Below are positions 51,501 to 62,792 of a stretch of 64,000 bases of DNA, piece by piece; within the stretch, counting starts at the first letter, position 1, and every line of letters begins with the position of its first letter. Below the pieces are notes generated by a model that saw nothing but the letters and a program-made list of their open reading frames with translations, did no database searches and was not told where the DNA came from. A program made the translations under genes and the position numbers. This DNA is from Macrostomum hystrix (Eukaryota; Animalia; Platyhelminthes). The DNA lies in assembly GCA_950097015.1 (NCBI GenBank), contig CATNEN010000009.1:62001-126000 (forward strand), in the 5' to 3' direction.

Positions 51501-52661
51501 TTCGATTTTTTATTAAAATGTAATTTGCACGTACAAATGTGCATTTATTTGCAATTTAAGTGCAATGTGAAGTGTAATTCTGTGTCGATGATAAGGTGTT
51601 ATTTATGCAGTACAGCACAAAATATATGCAGCAGTCAAGTCAATACACTTGTTTTAAATTAATTTGTTTAAAAGTTTTCCTACTTTTTCCAAACTTTACT
51701 AACAGCTTGCATAGATAAAAATACTTAAGTCATGGCTGGCTGCTCACCCAACAATCAGTCGCCCTGAATAATAATAATGTTCAAAGTTGCAAAAAATATC
51801 TACAAAGCATCATTTTACCAACATTTTTCCTCAAATGTTTTGGCCCGCGGCCATTCATCAACTTTTAATCTGGCCCGCGCAGCTAAAAAGGTTGCCGACC
51901 CCTGCTCTACTTCATTGAATTTAAGCCCTAGAGAAGAGCATTTAATAAACTGTTAATAAGCAGAACTCCAGCATCAGATCTGAGTGATGCTCAGGATGGG
52001 ATTCTATAAGATTACGAGAGGTGCATGACGACGCTCTCACCGGCAGTGGCGAGGCAGAACCGTCAAAGAGAACTGTAGAGCCAGGCAGCAACACGAGTGA
52101 CTTGCCACCAGCACGCTGGTTGGCCAGCCAGAGGGGCTCGGGGAATCCCTTGTAGAACCAAGCGGCATCAGTCAGGCCTGTGAGGTTGGCTCGGCGGAAA
52201 ACCACATCAGGTCTGTCGCTATCCAGAAAGGAGTCAAATGGAATGCAGTGACTGCCCGGGTAGAGTCCAGTCAACATACTCCAGAAGTTCGGCATGGAAT
52301 CCGTGGGATTCACACTAGACACATGGGCAGCGCGAACTCCCTGCTTGATCAGAGCCTCCAGACTGGAAAGGTTGAGGCCGCGCGACCGATACACCTCGGG
52401 GAAATCGTGGCGCAACCCGCTGAATATTGCCACAATAAGAGGAGACGTGGAAACTCCCTCAGAATGCATTGAGTGTCCCATAGAATGGTCCTGGTGCATC
52501 GAATGCTCCTGGTGCATCGAATGGTCCTGGTGCATCGAATGGTCCTGGTGCTGATGAGCCGAATGGTCATGCGTGATCATACTGTGGTCGACGGCCCCTA
52601 CTTGGCTGTAGTGACACGCACAGAATGACAGCAGCAGCAGCAGCCATTGAAAGGTGGCCAT
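48560..52661 (-). CDS. ENPP4/5/6-like type I membrane protein, probably catalytically inactive, with N-terminal His/Met repeat
   Basis: Exons 52661-52041, 49719-49432, 49186-48560 (511 aa, all phase 0). Signal peptide, (DHSMHQ)-type repeats, GV.A..V....PT.S.PN..S.LTGLYP.SH, LY.DEP, VVTADHGM, DMRP...ARGP.FK, C-terminal TM. Confidence 0.88.
50295..51904 (+). mobile_element. Buster/Charlie-type hAT deletion derivative in ENPP intron 1
   Basis: TIR CAGGGGTCGGCAACCT at both ends; 8-bp TSD CTCTACTT (nnnTAnnn) at 50287-50294 and 51905-51912; retains only the C-terminal GTF2IRD2-like transposase part (~50340-51020; SMFGST..CEQVFS.MK). Confidence 0.95.
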
Positions 52662-54286
52662 CCAATCGGAGAAATGGTAGGCAGTCTGGAACTGCAGTGC
52701 ATACCAAATTTGTAACTAACTGCTCCGGCATTACCAATATTTTAATATTCAGCTCGCCATTGCTAAACTTCCTATTGCACATTGATATACTACATATGTT
52801 CCTACGAAATAGGCATAGATCCAGCATTTCTTAACTAAAATTTTTCTCATGTTCTCTTTAGTTGGCAAATAGTGCCCATTGAGTGGGCGAATTCTCCAAA
52901 GCTCAAGCCAAACAGAACCATTCAAAGAAGGCTAATCGCCACAAAAACTTTGTTGTTTGTTTTATCACAAGCGGTTATGGCTGCTGTAATTAAAAAACTT
53001 AACACAACTTCATAACCACAAAAAAACTAATTCTTCAAAAAGCTAAGAGAGGAACAAGTAGGCTACAAGCATGGCACACTAAAAGAAACTATGCTTTTAT
53101 ATGAAGTTTAATATAGCCTTGAGGGATATCCATAAAGTAGTGGGAATCACAGATACTATAAACACTAGATAGGCCACTGAGGCTAATTTTCTGGGCAAGT
53201 TTTTTATTCTACTTTCTGCTTAGTAGTGATAAAAACATTTATGCGTTTATATAAAAAAATAAAAAACCAAGATGAATACAATGCAGCAATTGTATTATTA
53301 TATTATTAGCAAAAATAAACTTCTAACTATAATTTCTACGACAAAAAGCAATAGTGTGAATGCTTTAGATTGCATTGACAGCAATATTATTGCAGTTAAC
53401 TATACTTGGCAAATACAAGCTATTATATACTGCATATTTGTTTATCTAAATAGAATGATTTCACATCAATTAATCAGCTCATCGCAGTTTGTGAAACTTT
53501 CGCAGCGTGCTGCTCCTGCTCGCCGCTGCTCGCAGGCTTCTCATCTCGCAGCGGCACCAATGATGCAGTCGCAGCCGTGCAAACGTGCTGCATACCCCGC
53601 TTGGCTTTTTAGTCCGGATTTTGTCCGCTTTTGTCCGCTTTTGGGGTCCTTTCCGGACCAAATCGGGATTTTATCCGCATTTCATCCGGATTTCACGTCC
53701 GGACCAAAATGTGGGAGAAATTCCGGGCCAAATCCGGACAAAGGGGTTTCGCAAACCACTTTTGATCCGGATCTCATCCGCAATTTGATCCGAACTTTTG
53801 AGCGGACGAAAAGTCGGACTGCAGTCCGGATGAAAGTAGGGCGATAATGTATTTTGTCCGGAAATTTCATCCGCTTTGTCTCCCGCCTGTTCAACCGCAA
53901 TTGAGCCGGACAAAGTTCCGGACGAAGATCGGACAAATATTAAGATTGCTGTCTTACTTAATGTAGTCATCAGCTGTACCCACTGTACTGTCTGTACTGA
54001 CAGACTGCTTATTCGTATAGTATTCGTATGCAAATCCCGGATACGCTAATAAATGATGTCATTCTTGTGCAGCGCGCACCGATTCAATTTGGCACTTTGA
54101 CAGCTCGCCAGCCTTCTTTATTTGCATGATAATGAAGAGTTCTAGGTTGGCATTTCATAGGCATATTGTCAAGGGACTTAAACTGTACAGTGATGTACAC
54201 GAAGCTTCTTTTCCATTTTGCCGTACGTTTTGTAGGGTAATAGCTTCGCCTCCAAAAAGAGTAATAATTACGGTGCCACTGTTAAC

Positions 54287-57200
54287 ATGAGACACAAAGG
54301 TAAAGCTTTCTTTAAAAAATTCGGTCATTCCAGCGCACCACGTTTCTGCTGTCAGCTGCATATGGAGGAGCAGGACGCACAGCATCGCAGGCGCCTCTGG
54401 ATGAGGGCGTACATGCAGAAGCGAAGGGCGGCTCGCACACGCTCTCGGTCACCTATGTCTGCCTCTGGCTCATTGCCCGCCCATCCGGACCACACCCCAC
54501 CCAGCGCCGATGACGGCTCAGACGGCAGTGCAGATGACGGCAGCGCACATGACGGCTCAAACGGCAGCGCCGATGATGGCTCAGACGGCAGCGCCGATGA
54601 TGGCTCAGACGGCAGTGCAGATGACGGCAGCGCCGATGACGGCTCAGACGGCAGCGCCGATGATGGCTCAGACGGCAGTGCAGATGACGGCAGCGCCGAT
54701 GACGGCTCAGACGGCAGCGCCGATGCTGGCTCAGACGGCAGCGCCGATGCTGGCTCAGACGGCAGCGCCGATGACGGCTCAGACGGCAGTGCAGATGACG
54801 ACAGCGCAGATGACGGCAGCGCCGATGCTGGCTCAGACGGCAGCGCCGATGACGGCTCAGACGGCAGCGCCGATGCTGGCTCAGACGGCAGCGCCGATGA
54901 CGGCTCAGACGGCAGCGCCGATGACGGCTCAGACGGCAGCGCCGATGACGGCTCAGACGGCAGCGCCGATGACGGCTCAGACGGCAGTGCAGATCACGAC
55001 AGCGCAGATGACGGCAGCGCCGATGCTGGCTCAGACGGCAGCGCCGATGACGGCTCAGACGGCAGCGCCGATGCTGGCTCAGACGGCAGCGCCGATGACG
55101 GCTCAGACGGCAGCGCCGATGACGGCTCAGACGGCAGCGCCGATGACGGCTCAGACGGCAGTGCAGATGACGACAGCGCAGATGACGGCAGCGCCGATGC
55201 TGGCTCAGACGGCAGCGCCGATGACGGCTCAGACGGCAGCGCCGATGCTGGCTCAGACGGCAGCGCCGATGACGGCTCAGACGGCAGCGCCGATGACGGC
55301 TCAGACGGCAGCGCCGATGACGGCTCAGACGGCAGTGCAGATGACGACAGCGCAGATGACGGCAGCGCCGATGCTGGCTCAGACGGCAGCGCCGATGACG
55401 GCTCAGACGGCGGCACCGATGACGGCAGCGCCGATGACAGCAGCGCCGAGGACGCCGGTGAAAATAACATCCCCGTGCCCCATGACATGCTGGAAAATGC
55501 CTGGCACGATGCCCTGCCTTTGACAATCGGCGAAGCGCTGTGCGAGGTGAATTCCTGTGCATTAGACCTAAATGTGTCACGGGACGGATTTACCAGACTG
55601 TTGGCAATGCTGCATCGCCTAGTGCCCGGCAATAGGCTGCCTAGATCAGGACGAGCCGCTCGCGATGCAACTAAGTCGATTCAGACCATGTCGGGCACGA
55701 CAAAGTGCTTCACAGTGTGCAATGAATGCAACAGGAGTTCGCCTGGGGTGTGCCGAGCAGGTCTCACAACTTGCGTGCACTGCGGTGCGACCAACGTGGC
55801 GAACTTCTGGTGTTTTGATGTGCCCAGACAGCTGAAGACGCTCATAGAGTGCCGTAGCATGTTGGACCACGTCGTTTTCCCGGCCGACAGAGTAGTGCCA
55901 CCCGACGTAGTTCACTTTGCCACTAGTGAGCTGTACATTCAGTTCATGGATGGCGTCGATGTTCCGAGCCGCTGCGACCTGTCCTACACTTTCTGCTCAG
56001 ACGGCTTTCCACTGTTTAGGACAAGTTCGGTTGAAGTTTGTCCCGTCTACCTTAGTGTCAATGAGGTACATGACCGTTTTAAGCTGCGCTACGTAGTAAT
56101 TTGCGGCGTTTGGGCCGGAAAGAAGTAGATCCATGCGAGTGCATTCCACCCATTGGTCGTGGCCACCCTTAATGACCTACGCTTTACCGGGCTAGAGTTT
56201 GTTGACCAACAAGGCGTTCAGCGCCGTCTACGGTTTCATCCGCTAATCGCGATGTTTGACGCTCCAGCCAGAGCTGACGCGCTGTGCATGAAGCGCTTCT
56301 CCGCAAAATATGGATGCGATAAATGTTATCTGCTGACGTCCCTACACCCCTCGAAGCACGGTCGAGTGTTCGGCGTACAACTAACTCCTGCCATGCAGGG
56401 AACCGCCCGTCGCCTTGGCTGCACCCAAACGCTGGTTCGGTCTATGAATGACACATTTACTCTAGCTGAGCGCCACTCGCAGCAGAACCTAAACTCACGC
56501 ACCGACGTGTTAGGCGTCCGTGGACACTCGCCGCTCGGGCGACTGTGCGGGTTCGACTTTATCAGGGGGACACCACCGTGCTTTCTACACCAATTGTGCT
56601 CGGGATTGGTTCGCTACATCCTGTTTCAAATGTTTCTCGTGCGACATGAGAAGCCTGACCGGGGTGATACCAACTGCCCTGATCTGCACGGTCGGATTGC
56701 CGTAGTACAGAGTCGCCTGGAGAACATTCGCCTGCCCAGTTGCGTGCAGCGCCACACGGTGCATGAGCTAAGAGACCTCCGTCACCTTCGTGGCCACGAG
56801 CTAGAAGTCTGGATCCTAGCTTTCGGCCCGATGGTGCTGGGGGAATTTCTGCCACCGGAACACTACTGGCACCTGTTGCTCCTATCCTCCGCTGTATTCT
56901 GGATGACCTTGGAGGTTGCCCCAAGAAGCGAGTTGCCGCATGTCGAAATAACTCTCCGGCATAAATAACGCGCCTATACTCTCTGAGGGCCCTCACGTAC
57001 AACAGCCACTGCCCACCGGGGTGACCATCGTGGTATTCGAGTCCGCGCCCACGGAGGGCGGCGCCGGTAGAGGAAGGTCCACCTCCAGCTTTGTGGCACT
57101 TCGAGGACCAGAAACGACGTCCTTCAATTTCGCACGTGTTGAGGCACTCGGCGTCAACCAAGAAAACCGCGTCATGGTCTCTCTCGTAGCGCTACCCATT

Positions 57201-57425
57201 GAGCCTCAGCTTGACCCACTGGAGGCACTTTGCGCGGTCTCTGCAGCGTCACCTGAGCGTGGGTGCCGCTTCACTCATGTGCGGCGCCTTATGGTTGACC
57301 CGTTCGTTGACAGGCTCATTCTCGGTGCCGCTGTACGCGTGCCTCTGGCCGACGTTGTCGGTGTATGCGTCGTTTCAGACACGCATATCGCCCTAATGCC
57401 GCATGCCCAAATGGGTTTTTCTTAG
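54287..57425 (+). pseudogene. CACTA/EnSpm (TNP2-like) transposase with in-frame stop and internal truncation
   Basis: CxxC...CxxCG, SDGFPLF..S..VCPVYL.VNE, GVWAGKK*(TAG 56126-56128), FDAPARA..CMK.F...GCDKC, FLHQLCSG; 57021-57425 resembles the C-terminal part. Confidence 0.85.
54497..55445 (+). repeat. In-frame 24/15-bp coding minisatellite (ADDGSDGS)n
   Basis: GCCGATGACGGCTCAGACGGCAGC units; all unit lengths are multiples of 3. Confidence 0.95.
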
Positions 57426-58504
57426 CAGTTTAGTCAAGCCGGTTCTGTCCAACGACAAAAATGTAAACTTAAGGAAAAAGTATACTATAAAAGAAAATAC
57501 TATAAGTTATAGTATAATCTATACAATATATTGAAATATTTTAGATTCGCCTCTGGTCTATCGATGTCCAGCTTAATGAATATTCTTATTATCTTCACCT
57601 GTTGTCTTTGACAAAAGCCAATTGCACACGGCTATTTCTAGGAAATGAGGAGGCGTAGGAAATCGACTATCTTTTCCTGATGTTGCACTCACTTTAGATC
57701 TTATGCTCGCAATCGGATTATATTTAAATGATCTTAGAATAAAAAATCACAAAGATGAAAACTCACTTTAAAATTTTCTGAGAGGTGTTTCCCAAACACA
57801 AGTGGTTAATGGTTACTAACGGATCCTCTTGTTAGATCACAATCGGAGGAAGTATGGTCTCAAATTGAAGATTGGATAAGAATTCAAGGAATTCAAGGAA
57901 CTTCAATGAAATAAGTCTAGTTTCTGACTAAGGTGTAGTCTGAGTATTGTAGCTGGCCAGGGATAGCAATGGCTAGCAAAGAGAATGAGTGGATTATATC
58001 AACTGCGGCTGGCTTGCGTAAGAGGAATTCAGGGAGAAAAAGGTTGGGGAAACACGTTCTCTCAGTGCAAGAACTTTTATATTACTTTACCAACGGCGGT
58101 CATTCGCCAGGATTTTCTAGGCGAATCCTAGGGCTCTTGCAAACGCATTTTTGCATAATAGGAAAACAGAATATTTTTTGTTTTTTTTTATATAAGCGCA
58201 TATAGGCGTGAATCGCATGGGTTAAATTGTAACACTTCAATATGCTATACCATTTTCAAACGAATATCGTATACGTTTACATTCATATGACACGTAATGT
58301 AAATAGAGACTTGAACGAACAATGTAACGTAATCTACTGGACACTAAATAAATCCGTCATGCTTTTGACTTGCGTAGTCCGCGCTGCTGGCCTGTCTTCT
58401 CATTTCTGCTCACGGTTCATCACTACCCACTACATAATTACAAATATGGCATAGGGAAACATGGAGACCTAAGCGCTGCATAAATCTTGCCATATTTCAG
58501 CCGA

Positions 58505-59113
58505 ATGGATGCCTCCGGACCTATTCAGTGGTCGCGGATTTTGGACGACGTCCTACTGGACAGCAACTTCTTGGACTTCTTGGACGACGATGATACCGAG
58601 ACGACCCTCGGGGAGAGCGACCGCCGATCACCGGGAGAAGGAGCCTGGCCCGTCGAGAGCCAGAACTTCTTGGACCCGGACGACTCGCTCGCGCTATGTC
58701 CGCCTGCTGCCAGCAGTACACAGGCACCTGCTTTACCAACTAGCCCTCGTGTACCCGTTAAGTACACGTGGGTGGACTATAACCGGTTGCCCGACGAGCC
58801 GCCGCCCAATTTCGACTCTCGCCGACCCGAGGAGCGCCGCCGAATCCCCGCTCAGACGTGCGCGGATTGCGAGAGTTGGTTCGCGGCGTTGCCACCGGCA
58901 GAGCGTGAGCGACGACTGCAGTGCCACGGGCGCCATCGACATCGCCCAGTTATCCAGTCGGCCGACTTCTTCGCTATTGCCATGCCGCCGAGCCCACCAC
59001 CCGCACCGATAGAGCACATGAAGGTGATGAAGCGCCGTCGGCGCCCCCTAAGAGACCTGCAGTCTGCAGGGCAGTCGGTAAAGAAGCAGTCGGTTGATGA
59101 GAAAGACGACTGA
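58505..59113 (+). CDS. CtIP/Sae2 C-terminal-domain-like protein (202 aa, intronless) inside the transposon nest
   Basis: RRPEERRRIPAQTCADCESWFAALPPAERERRLQCHGRHRHRPVIQSADFFAIAMPPS matches the CtIP pattern EERR..L.G.TC.EC..YY..P.EERE..L...RHR....F...FP; uninterrupted ORF. Confidence 0.75.
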   Translation: MDASGPIQWSRILDDVLLDSNFLDFLDDDDTETTLGESDRRSPGEGAWPVESQNFLDPDDSLALCPPAASSTQAPALPTSPRVPVKYTWVDYNRLPDEPPPNFDSRRPEERRRIPAQTCADCESWFAALPPAERERRLQCHGRHRHRPVIQSADFFAIAMPPSPPPAPIEHMKVMKRRRRPLRDLQSAGQSVKKQSVDEKDD

Positions 59114-59388
59114 AAGCCGATGTAGCCATTATGATGCGTGTACGTGACATGTGTTTTCATATAATCTTGGGAATTAAAAATTGAAGTTCGGCTCACAACT
59201 GGCAAGACTGGAACACAGAGACTTCATTTCTGTTATTTTCGCATTCACTCATGTTACTCCATAGACTCTATTAGACTTCTTGGTTACATTAGGTTAACCT
59301 TCGGTGGTTAGTTAACAAGGTTGCCTCCGGTTACCATGAAAATTATTATATACATCAACCGTCATCATCATCAGTTGCAGCTGCTACA

Positions 59389-60618
59389 ATGACCAAGCCT
59401 ACGACGTCCAATCGTCGCCTCAGCACGTCGCCTCTAGGCCGGACCTCGCCTCCCTGAGCGGCCTCCGCTGCCTGACGGACTCGCAGTCCCTGCTCCGAGC
59501 CCTCGAGAAGGGACCGTCCAAGTCCACCTCGCCAGCGTGCCGGGAGATCTGGATGCTGCTGACCCACATTGCCGCCCGCTTCCAAATCTGGCTGCAATGG
59601 GTCCCCAGCCACTGCGACCTCCGGCGGAACGATGCCGCGGACGCCACCGCCAGGACCGCGGCCGGCCTCCCCCAGGACGAGACGCCGATCGACTTCGGGT
59701 CAGCGCGGGCCGCCCTCCGCCGGGTCCTCGCCGAGCGCACCCGCGAAGCCTACGCGGCCGACCCGCACTGCGCCACCCACCGTCTGGCAACCGCCACCGC
59801 CGCCCCGCGGCCACGCCTAAACCGGGCCGACGCGGTGACCCTCGCCCAGCTGCGCACGGGCCACTCACCGCTCCTGCGCTGGTATCGGCACCGGATCAGC
59901 CTGGACACCGCCGCCACCTGCCCCCGCTGCGGGGCCGCCGACGAAGACGTGGCCCACGTTTTCCTGCACTGCCGGGCCCTTGACGACCTTCGGGCCCGCA
60001 TCCTTGGACCAAACCCGTCCCTGGCCGTCCTCTCGACGGACGGCCCCGCGCGCTCGAATTCCTCCACACGGTAGGGGCGCAGACACGCCCCCCGGATCCT
60101 ACCGGCCGGGAGTAACAACAACAACAACGTCCAATCGAGCAGCATCGAAGCAAAAGGGCGGGCTTCAGCGAGGAAAAGTAGGGAAGGCCAAGAAGCAAAA
60201 GGAGAACACTCCGCCCGAACCAACGGGCGTGCCTGCTTCGAGCGACACGCCTCCTCCCACCGCGCCACGTGACGCAGCTGACGCGCTGGAAGAATCGGTC
60301 ACAGACCAGAATGGCCAGACCAGCAGCACAGAGGACATGGTGCCTTATAAGTCGGAGAGCGTGGCGCGTTACTTTCTGTTCAAATACAGCTGTTACCATG
60401 ACCGCACGGAAGTAGTGTCTACCGACGGTGAGAGCAGTGCTCCCGTCATTGTCGCGCGCAGTCGGGACTCACCGATCCCTGTTGCCGTAGGGAGCCGTGT
60501 GCTAATAGTCACAGCTAAAAAAAACCGCACCTCGGCGAAACGCTGGTCCGGAGACCTGCTTCGCGGCCCGTTTTCTAAGAAAAGTGAGGCCACGGGTGCC
60601 GCCCTGCTAACCAACTAA
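59389..60618 (+). pseudogene. Putative CACTA accessory ORF interrupted by a LINE
   Basis: Removing 59415-60137 (LINE plus one TSD copy) restores MTKPTTSNRAASKQKGG...GDLLRGPFSKKSEA..LLTN*. Confidence 0.7.
59415..60126 (+). mobile_element. 5'-truncated I-group LINE (RNase H C-part + Zn finger, (AAC)n tail)
   Basis: QWVPSHC...NDAAD..AR, AQLRTGH, CPRCG...EDVAHVFLHC; (AAC)n tail ~60115-60128; TSD ACGTCCAATCG at 59404-59414 and 60127-60137. Confidence 0.92.
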
Positions 60619-60639
60619 CAAACTGAACCCTGCTAAGCT

Positions 60640-62792
60640 GATAGTTCGGGTTTTTCATTGAACCCGTTGCGCCCTCTAAGGATGCTGAAGAGATTCTGAA
60701 AAGGGATGGCGTTTCACTTTGCTAAAGCTGTACTGCTCTGTGCACTCTGAAAGTATGATTTACATGTACTGCCTTTCCGGGGAGTAAAATTGCGTTTTTG
60801 AAAAAGTGACATTTCAAAGAAGCTAAATTAGCTAATAATAGAGAATTTCGAAGAACCGAAAAATACGAGCAACACATAAAAATGCACAGCTGATGTGAAG
60901 CTCACCTCAACATGATCCTGCGAGAACCGTCGCGTGCAGACGTCGTTCTGAATTAACTGAGCGGACAAGCAGCGAATCGCAGAAATTGACAACAGCCAGC
61001 CCTCCTTGAAATTCATGGTCGCCTTCGCAGCTCTGCCGGTGTGCGGAAGGAAGCGCCAGCTTTTCACAAAAGTCTCCACTTTTCGCAACTGCTCCATTTC
61101 GTCCACCAACGACGCACGACGAATCGGCTGCTTTGTGCCTTTGACGAAGGAGTGTGATGAGTTCAGCAGATCGAAGGCGTCATTCAATCACTCAGCGAAC
61201 TCGGCGGTCTGCAGGGCGTCAGCCTCCATCACTTGGTGCTGTACGAGTGTCTTGATGCCGCTGGCGACGGAACGGCTAAAAATCTGCGCTGCGAGAGAGA
61301 CACGCATCTTCTGTCCCAGCTGCAGGTTAAAGTGAGCATCGCTCAAACGAACTGCAAGTCGTAGCGATCGGCTGCAGTCGACCTCGTAGAAGCTGAGTAG
61401 GAGATGCCATTTCGCGAGCTTCTGGCCGTCAAACTCAATGTCATTTTTCATTAGGGCATTACGGGTGTTCTTCAGGCAATGTGGCACGTCAATCATCACG
61501 TACACAGGGGCCTGTGTAACCGGATGCTGTAAGAACGGTGCTGCCGCGCTTGCCTGCCTGCTCAGATGAACCCACTGCGTTGATTCCTGGTCGGCAACCA
61601 GAGCAACAACCCGAACTCCAGCCTCGTGACTGGCGCGCAAGCACTCAGCGATGGCGGCCTTGAACCCGGACTGTCCGAGAGTGTGGCTCACGGGATATTG
61701 GGCGATCGGCTGCTTCCAGTCCTGTAAAACACCTCGCAGCACGGCGACTACTGCCTCGTTCACTGGCTTCAGTTGCTGCTCCTGCTGCTGCTGCGTGCTG
61801 GTACACTCCCTCAGTGCCTTGACTGTCCGGTCGTCGAAGCCGACTACTCTGTCAGCGTTCGAGTCGTACCGCACGCTGGGTGACAAGCTCATGCCGTCGA
61901 AGCAAAGGGTCGCCAGTCGTCTTTGTTCAGGGGTAGCATTCAGCTGGCTGCTTAACAACTGAAGTATCAAGCGGCACGGCCCAACAGATGGAAAAAACTG
62001 GCGAATGCGCCTCTTCAAGGATGTATTCGATGGCAGAGCCAATCCCCAGTGGTTTCGTAACGGCTGATAAGCAGCAGGGCTCATGTGGTGCAGCTGCAAT
62101 GATCTGTTGATGACATCCTTCGACCAGCGCACCCCCCGACTGCGAGAGCCCAGTCGACCACGAATGCACGACTGCGCTGCACTTTCCTTGGCCATCGAGA
62201 GTTGCTGTTGCAGGCGTTTGATCATCGCTTGTCGCTTTCGGGATCGCCGCTGCAGTCGCTTTATCGTTGCCTCTCGTGCTTGGAATCGGCTGCGGAGGTG
62301 AGAGCTCTCAGCAGCAATAGCTATTCTCGGTGCAGTATCTGGTAGCCAACGTTTGCTCTGCCACTGCACTGGCAGCAGGCAGGTCGCAGGCTCGGCTGCA
62401 GGCAGATCGCTAATTGGCTCCAGCATTGGAGGGTACTTGTTGTCTGCTTCATCATCAGTTCTTTGCACAGAGGGTAGTTGGTCTATTCGAAAGAGCCGAG
62501 GCAGCACCAGCTCTCGGTGTGGGATTGCGTCCCAGCGAAGACGGGTGTCTTGTTCGTGGCGCCTTGTAGGGCAGTTGTAGGCCTCGTCCGTAAAGTGCAA
62601 GCTGCATACACGTAGGCCCCGTGACTTAATTGTTTGCAGGTCAATATCCAGCTCCAATAGCTGCTGCCAGCGCTTCGCCACAGTTTCATCTTTCGGAAAT
62701 CTATGCATTCGCACCGGACATCCTTTCTCGGGTGGTGATAGCACAGAGCTCGTGCAAGTTGGAGCACAGCAGTGGTTCGAATTAAATGACAT
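60640..62792 (-). pseudogene. THAP9/P-element transposase, disrupted
   Basis: THAP (CCAPTC..FPKD..W..VCSLHF), CFDGM, DVPHCLKNTRN, KMRVSLAAQIFS, in-frame TGA at 61190-61188, FSQDHVE|intron|NLFSILRG, then cut off near 60640. Confidence 0.92.

Larger units (their letters stand above)
53595..60640 (+). mobile_element. CACTA/EnSpm (CMC) element nested in the P-element transposase; right end apparently deleted
   Basis: Starts CCCCGCTTGGC followed by TCCGGA-rich subterminal repeats (53595-53940); contains a TNP2-like transposase, a Sae2-like ORF and an accessory ORF; ATA flanks both approximate ends. No clean right TIR. Confidence 0.65.

Noticed and set aside
54453-55632. 375-aa, 337-aa and 212-aa overlapping ORFs
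   Set aside because: Alternative frames of the in-frame acidic minisatellite.
57613-57631. Candidate right TIR for the CACTA element (AAAAGCCAA)
   Set aside because: Only 9 bp match the left end, with no terminal GGG and no TSD; not accepted, so the CACTA right boundary remains uncertain.
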